NCBI GenBank assembly: GCA_964654545.1
Contig: CAZZIU010000010.1
Coordinates: 14,037 to 78,036, forward strand
DNA: 64,000 nucleotides
Direction of reading: 5' to 3'
From: an uncultured bacterium
GTDB lineage: Bacteria > Fidelibacterota > Marinisomatia > Marinisomatales > JABMOV01
The position numbers and the translations under genes are program-made. How positions within the stretch are numbered: position 1 is the first letter of the stretch; each line of letters starts with the position of its first letter. Below the pieces are notes generated by a model, which saw only the letters and a list, made by a program, of their open reading frames with translations, searched no databases and was not told where the DNA came from. This document shows, one piece after another, positions 62,932 to 64,000 of this stretch.

Positions 62932-63891
62932 TTAAAAGGCGTATGGAACAAACTGGAGAATTGTTCTGGGATGTTCGTCAGAAATCAAGAGAAAACCAAG
63001 ACTATCAACCCTTACAATTCCTTCCCAGTTATGAGATTGTTCTTCGGGTTTAGTCAAATAGATAGGTGGTGTATCCGTTAAGGTAAAGAAGTTGCCATCG
63101 TACTTCATTTCTATCAATCGCTCTACATCGCTTTTGCGTGTAACGTTGCCGAAGGGATTCGCGATAAAATCGTTTGCAGGTTTTAAGATGAAATAATCTC
63201 CATGCCACAGATAATTTATTACCCAAAAACATTGGTCAGCTGTAGGCTGAGTTGCATCGGTAATTCGAAACTCTATTGAAGGGAAAGGCATTTTGTCTAC
63301 TACTTGTAAATCCGGTGATACAATGGGCACCCACGCATCCGGGTTCACTTTTGCGCCATTGGCTTCGTAAAGAGGAATTAGCTGATCGTTGGTATAGAGC
63401 AAGGATTCAAAAGCCATATTGTTAATTATTTCCGGTGTATCTATTTCCAATAAAGGACTGCTATGCAACGTAATTCCTTCTGCAAGTGATGGAACAGACG
63501 CGCGGACAAAAACGCCCTTCAATCCCTTCCTGGTTTCTACCTCAATGGATAAGTAGGCCAGCGTATCCACAAAGACGATGGCTTCAAATCCCTCAAATCC
63601 TGGTATGTATCGAGTGAAGTCGTCACCGCTAAACGGTATGCGGATTGGAAGGACACTATGATCTTCAGAGGTAATCGCTTTTAAGAGTTCGCTTTTGGCC
63701 AGAGCCGGTAGATACCCATTGGGATATTGTGGCAAAAGAACAACATAATCCGCAAACCAGGCCAACCCGGAATATTCGTTTTGTGCATCATTGTAGGGAT
63801 CTGGTAATTGCAGTTCAATGGGTTGTTCGGCATGGAGACCAACCACGATTTGAAGAAATAGGAAAATGTGAATTAATGAAGAAGATTTCAA
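62932..63891 (-). CDS. Secreted hypothetical protein, probable beta-propeller
   Basis: EYSGLA, GFEAI, FESL, NWEGI repeats. TTG 63891 gives a signal peptide; the frame stays open to the window end. Confidence 0.5.
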   Translation of the reverse strand: MKSSSLIHIFLFLQIVVGLHAEQPIELQLPDPYNDAQNEYSGLAWFADYVVLLPQYPNGYLPALAKSELLKAITSEDHSVLPIRIPFSGDDFTRYIPGFEGFEAIVFVDTLAYLSIEVETRKGLKGVFVRASVPSLAEGITLHSSPLLEIDTPEIINNMAFESLLYTNDQLIPLYEANGAKVNPDAWVPIVSPDLQVVDKMPFPSIEFRITDATQPTADQCFWVINYLWHGDYFILKPANDFIANPFGNVTRKSDVERLIEMKYDGNFFTLTDTPPIYLTKPEEQSHNWEGIVRVDSLGFLLISDEHPRTILQFVPYAF

Positions 63892-64000
63892 TACTGATCC
63901 TGTAAATTTCCTTGATGAGTTTAGGGCAGTCAGAGAAAAAGGGAAATGCATATTTGCAGAATAAGCGGATGGCCATGGTGCAAAATCAATTGCAGGCAAG

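Overview
A compact, gene-dense bacterial chromosome segment made mostly of housekeeping genes. FCB-type features (PorQ-like barrel, D-[S/T]-hydrophobic sequons, DGGGP-synthase-like UbiA) suggest an FCB-group marine bacterium such as Ca. Marinimicrobia/Neomarinimicrobiota; this is inferred from gene content only. Order: pth-hppA-rpsF-rpsR-rplI; priA with two outer-membrane proteins; Lrp-glnII; lipase, S9 peptidase, ferritin-like; marR-mutY-plsC-SDR/SPOR-yajL-HAD operon; FGGY kinase, ychF, fabA; amidohydrolase, trmH, murI, amidase; di-heme peroxidase; two barrel genes; two tiny paralogous membrane proteins; a surface-polysaccharide cluster; an antimicrobial-protection islet; eno-ftsB; an orphan motA-motB operon; folC-rho-cas6-like-aminotransferase-rpmE-DUF1385-prfA-prmC-ubiA-like; then envelope proteins and a phosphodiesterase. 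I saw no rRNA, tRNA, transposase, integrase or CRISPR array. Top leads: (1) a stand-alone Cas6b-like gene between rho and the aminotransferase, apparently lacking the catalytic His pair and carrying a charged tail; (2) an A9 tract at 19037-19045 where a -1 shift joins an SDR enzyme to a membrane anchor and a DamX-like SPOR domain; (3) a Na+-type MotAB stator with an SH3/Ig-like partner and no flagellar genes nearby; (4) two ~70-aa paralogous membrane proteins behind a strong hairpin; (5) an M1 pseudo-peptidase (HExxR) fused to a barrel. All family calls are by motif recognition; no searches were run.
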